Assembly: GCA_958009085.1 (NCBI GenBank)
Contig: OY253677.1
Coordinates: forward strand, 992,001-1,028,563
Direction of reading: 5' to 3'
DNA length: 36,563 nucleotides
From: Protoeuglena noctilucae
Taxonomy: Eukaryota
The translations under genes and the position numbers were made by a program. Shown here piece after piece: positions 32,445 through 36,563 of this stretch; the first letter of the stretch is position 1, and every line of letters starts with the position of its first letter. The notes beneath the pieces were generated by a model. It was not told the origin of the DNA and made no database searches. It saw nothing but the letters and a program-made list of their open reading frames with translations.

Positions 32445-35202
32445 ATGGCGGACAACGAGTTCGCGGAGGAGGAGGTCCTCGACTTCGACGAGGAGCAGGA
32501 GCAGCAGGTGAACCTCCCGCGACGACCAACCATCCACGCTGGGCGGGAAGGGTCCCCCGGCCGAGGCGATGACCGTGGCGTGGCAACCGGCGGCTTCCGT
32601 GGCGCTAAGAAGCTCACGGAGGATGCGCGGGCCCCGGGGTCCCGGAGAGCGTGCTCCGCAGGAGAGGCGTTTCGAGCCGCGCTCATCAGAGCCCGCCCGG
32701 ACCCTCCCGTCGCCCGTCGCCTGATGTATGTGCGGAAGCGGGGGCTTTCCGGCCCTGGTCTGCGCCGGGCAGGTCGGTGGGTCGTCTTCCGTCGGAACGG
32801 CCCGGCCGCGACTCGCCTCACCGCGCGCCGGCCGCTCTCGCTTCGATGATGGAGTGTTGGCGGCAGTCGCCCCACGCTCGCCCGTCTTGATCTGCCTGGG
32901 ACGCCTTCGTCTGTCTTCCTCGCCCTCTCGCGGCCCCTGGCGCCCCCTGCGTTGCTCTTCGCCCGCCTTCGTCTTTCTGGTTGGGTTGTCCGTGTTCTGG
33001 CGCTTTCTCGGGTGCACTGGCTTGCGGGCGGCGGACGTTGGGGTCTTTGCGCTTGTTGCCCAGCCTCGCGCGCCTGCTGCGGCCGCACGGGCCGGCGCCC
33101 TCGTCGCCGGACGGGATATGGGACCGAGGGTGGAGGCGGGGTGGCGGGTGGCCGCGCCCCGCACCCCGCGCGGAGGGGGGGCCCTCACGCCTCGAGCGCG
33201 CCTGGGGCGGTCCTCGCGGGCAGGGCCGCGGCCCGGCGTCCGTCCGGCCGGCGACGGGGCGTCCCCGCGGTACCGGCGCGGCGCTGTCTGGACGGATCGC
33301 CTGAACACCGCCCGCGGCTGCTCTTGGGGTCCCACAGGTCGGCCACGCACATGACGACGGCGTCGCCACGGCCAAGGGGGACACGTACGCCGGCGCCGCG
33401 TCCGTCGGGTGGCGCGAGTTCGCCATCAAGGTGAGCGCGGCGGGGCGGGGCTGGGCATGGGCGGGGACGCATCTTGGGAGTGCTGGCCCCGGTTGCATGG
33501 GTACGCTGCCCTGCCCTTCCGCCCCCGACTCCCCCCGTCTGCTCGCCGCAGGAGGAGCTTCTGAAGGCCATCCAGGAGGCGGGGTGGGAGCACCCCTCGG
33601 AGGTCCAGCAGCAGTGCATCCCCAAGGCCATCGCGGGCGCGGACGTCATCTGCCAGGCCAAGGCCGGCCGCGGCAAGACGGGCGTGTTCGTCATCTCGCT
33701 GCTTCAGCAGCTGGACGTGGTGGAGACGGAGGACGGCAAGGACAAGGTGCTCAACGACTGCAAGGCGGTGGTGATGTGCCACACGCGCGAGCTGGCCCTG
33801 CAGATCCAGGGCGAGTTCAACCGCCTCAAGTCGCACCTCAAGAACATCCGCGTCGAGACGTTCATGGGGGGGGTGCCGGAGGAGAAGGACGTGGCCAAGA
33901 TCCAGGCGAGGGGGGTGGTGCTGCGCCGCCTTGGGGTTGCCGGGGCGGGGGGCGTGGTGCGAGAGTGCCCTTGCCTGGCACAGCGTGCCGCGCTGGCACG
34001 TCGGCCTCCCCCTTCCCACGCCTCCCCGCTTCCCTCTGACCCCCGCAGAAGGCCCAGCCCCACATCGCGGTGGGCACGCCCGGCCGCCTGAAGGCGCTGG
34101 TGAAGAAGGGGGCGCTGAAGCTGGCCAAGCTGCAGTTCTTCGTGCTGGACGAGTGCGACAAGATGCTGGAGAAGGCCGACATGCGTTCGGACATCCAGGA
34201 GGTGTTCGTCCGCACCCCGGTGCAGAAGCAGGTCCTCATGTTCACGGCCACGCTGCCGGCCGAGATGCGCACGCTGTGCAAGAAGTTCATGCGCAAGAAC
34301 CCCCTGGAGGTGCTGGTGGACGACGAGAAGGAGCTGACCCTGCACGGCCTGGTGCAGCACTACGTGTCGCTGGAGGAGGACGGCAAGAACCGCAAGCTGT
34401 TCGACATCCTCGACATGCTCGACTTCAAGCAGGTCGTCATCTTCGTCAAGACGCCCAAGCGCGCAGAGGCGAGGAGGGCTGGGGGGACTTGGGGAGTCGG
34501 TGGCGTGTTGGTAGCCACATAAAGGGTCCGCGCCCTGCGTGGCGGGGATGGACACAAGCTGCGCCCCTCCCCGCGCAGGTGCTGGCCAAGCTGATGCGCC
34601 AGGTCAACTTCCCGGCCATCTGCATCCACTCGGCCATGACTCAGGATGAGCGGAGCAAGAACTTCAACGCCTTCCGCTCGGGGCAGGTGAGACCTGAGAG
34701 CCGAGCTGCGTGGTGCAGCAGCGACGGGGTGCTGGGCCCCGGGAGAGTGACAGGGGCCCACGACTGCGTCCTAGCGGCGAATTGCCTGGTCATAGGCGCC
34801 AGTTAGGCAGGGACGCGCGTGCGGCGGCACCTGAGAGCGCTGACGGCCGGGCCGCCCCGCCTGGGACTGCAGGAGCGCATCCTGGTGTCGACGGACCTGG
34901 CCGGCCGCGGCGTGGACGTGGTGGGCGTGAACGTGGTGATCAACTACGACATGCCCGCGGACGACGACAAGCACGGCAAGGGCGACGACACGTACCTCCA
35001 CCGCGTGGGGCGCGCGGGGCGGTTCGGCACCAAGGGCCTGGCCATCACGTTCGTGGCCACGGAGGAGGACCAGCGCGTGCTGCAGAAGGTGCAGGAGCGG
35101 TTCACGGTGGAGATCAAGCCCCTGCCGGAGCAGATCGACAAGAAGCTCTACTTCCACTCCGACAACCTCTACGACCGCGACAACATCGTCGAGGAGTTCT
35201 GA
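32445..35202 (+). CDS. UAP56: DECD-box RNA helicase UAP56/SUB2/DDX39, 455 aa, 6 exons
   Basis: Exons 32445-32507, 33338-33430, 33552-33905 (GC donor), 34049-34468 (GC donor), 34579-34686, 34873-35202. [76 protein letters not shown]. Confidence 0.95.
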
Positions 35203-36365
35203 GCTGGTTTGTAGAGCCGGCAAAGGGGTTGCGAGCCAAGCGGCTCGGGGGCGCGCCTAGCGGAGAGCCAGCGGCCGGGTTGAAGCTGGCCGACGCTGCC
35301 CAACAGTGCATGCTGATGTGTCCATGGGTCGGCTGCATCCGCATGCGCCCGCTGTCGTCTTGCTTGCTACAGTTTCACTTCAAGAAAGAGCCGGCACTTT
35401 CGTCAGTGCCGAGCCGGGCTAGGCTGTGCTATCCGTGGGCGCGCGAATGGGCGCACGCGTGCATGGGAAAGGTCTGCGCCTAGTGGTGCGCTGCCGCCGT
35501 CCCCTCTAGGGAACAGGGCGCGGAAACTGGGTGTTTGGGGCAGGCGGCCCCGCAAGCCATGAGCCACCAGGCTTGCGGGCGCCCGCCCCAGGCCACGCCA
35601 GGGCCCAGGGCTGCCCCCGTCTACCGCCACAGAGACGGGGGCAAGGGGAGTGCGCGAGAGCGCTGGAAACCTGTCGCCGCCGCCACAGCGACTCGCGAAC
35701 GTAGTAAAGAGAGTAGGGGTCATAGGGGAACTGCAGCTCAAGGGCCGTGCAGCATGGGGGTAAGGGCGACGCGCGAAAGCAGCGTCGGGAGTCGTCGTCG
35801 GGCGGCCGGCCGAAGCCAGCCGCAGAAAAGTGCCTGGTAACTACAGGCGCAGCGGACCCCCCCGCTGAGGGGGGCCGCTGCAGGCGCGCACCAACAGCCC
35901 GCGCAGCCCGCCCTTCCCCACCCCGTGGAGATAGCTAGATACCGGGGGTGGGGCCGGGACGGGCGGCGCGAGCCCGGAGGGCGCGCCGGGGTCGTCGGAT
36001 GTATGTGGGGGCACAGTCAGGCAGAGGCAAGAGGGCATGGCACAAAACAAAAGCTAAGGGCGTGGGAGTCACAAGTGCGTGCACAAGCATGGGGCGGACC
36101 GGGGCCGACTGCCGACCGGCTGCCGCGGCAGTGGGCCCGACTGGGCCGCGCGGGGCTGGCCGCAGGGGCGCTGGCCGCGGGGGGCAGGCGTCGGCAGGGC
36201 GGGCCCTGCGCTGTCAGGAGCGCGGGGGGTGGCACCTGCCAGGCAAGACGAGGGGGCCTCTCCAGATGCGAGGCCTCGCTAGGCAGCCTGCGCCGGGTGG
36301 GTTGCTGCGGCGTGGCCGGTGCCCCATGCCCCATCTCCCGCACGTGTGGGGCGCGTGGGTGCGCT

Positions 36366-36491
36366 TTACGGAGCGTACGACCGGGCGTGGATGTGGGTGC
36401 CCTTCTTCGAGTCGTACTTGTCCTTGAGGTACAGGGCGTCGCGGTCGGAGATGACGCGGCCGGGCCAGGGGAGGTCGTAGTCCTGGAACAC
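36366..36491 (-). CDS. Terminal exon of an unidentified gene that starts beyond the right edge
   Basis: Acceptor ccaccccag followed by GC3-rich VFQDYDLPWPGRVISDRDALYLKDKYDSKKGTHIHARSYAP*. Frame inferred from codon usage. Confidence 0.65.
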   Translation of the reverse strand: MFQDYDLPWPGRVISDRDALYLKDKYDSKKGTHIHARSYAP

Positions 36492-36563
36492 CTGGGGTGG
36501 ATGACGGGTGGGGAGGAAGGTGAGACCAGTGACTGGCGAGAAGGACGGCGAGGGGAGCCGGGG

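Noticed and set aside
32840..32900. Intronic box C/D snoRNA in UAP56 intron 1
   Set aside because: Only a partial C box (atgatg), with no well-placed CTGA D box or terminal stem.
36366..36491. Assigning the terminal exon to RmlC-like epimerases (WP...ISDRD)
   Set aside because: Similarity is too short to support; left unidentified.

Overview
Gene-dense, very GC-rich eukaryotic nuclear DNA with many short spliceosomal introns. It is most consistent with a chlorophyte green alga (REC+CCT response regulator, group I truncated haemoglobin, Shewanella-like phosphatase, TGTAA poly(A)-type motifs); the species cannot be identified from the sequence. The ORF track is mostly GC-rich shadow ORFs, so I built 15 gene models by hand from splice sites and frame continuity. 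In order: MsrB (partial), AP-2 alpha-adaptin, truncated haemoglobin, small coiled-coil protein, ZNHIT6/BCD1, RPA49-like (in-frame TAG plus a probable frameshift), secreted Ala/Pro/Thr-rich protein with an nsLTP-like Cys motif, 2-TM hypothetical, MESD-like chaperone, SMP+C2 synaptotagmin-like protein, TOC1/PRR-like regulator, KDEL-ended SLP phosphatase, divergent HSP70/actin-fold protein, UAP56/SUB2 helicase, and a terminal exon of an unknown gene. Notable signals: about one in five donors (17-18 of 82 by my count) is GC, always G|GCRAG; splice donors are tandemly duplicated inside AP2A introns; many introns are G-rich at the 5' end and C-rich at the 3' end; a ~0.9 kb mosaic direct repeat brackets the HSP70-like gene. 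All family assignments are from motif recognition; no database search was run.
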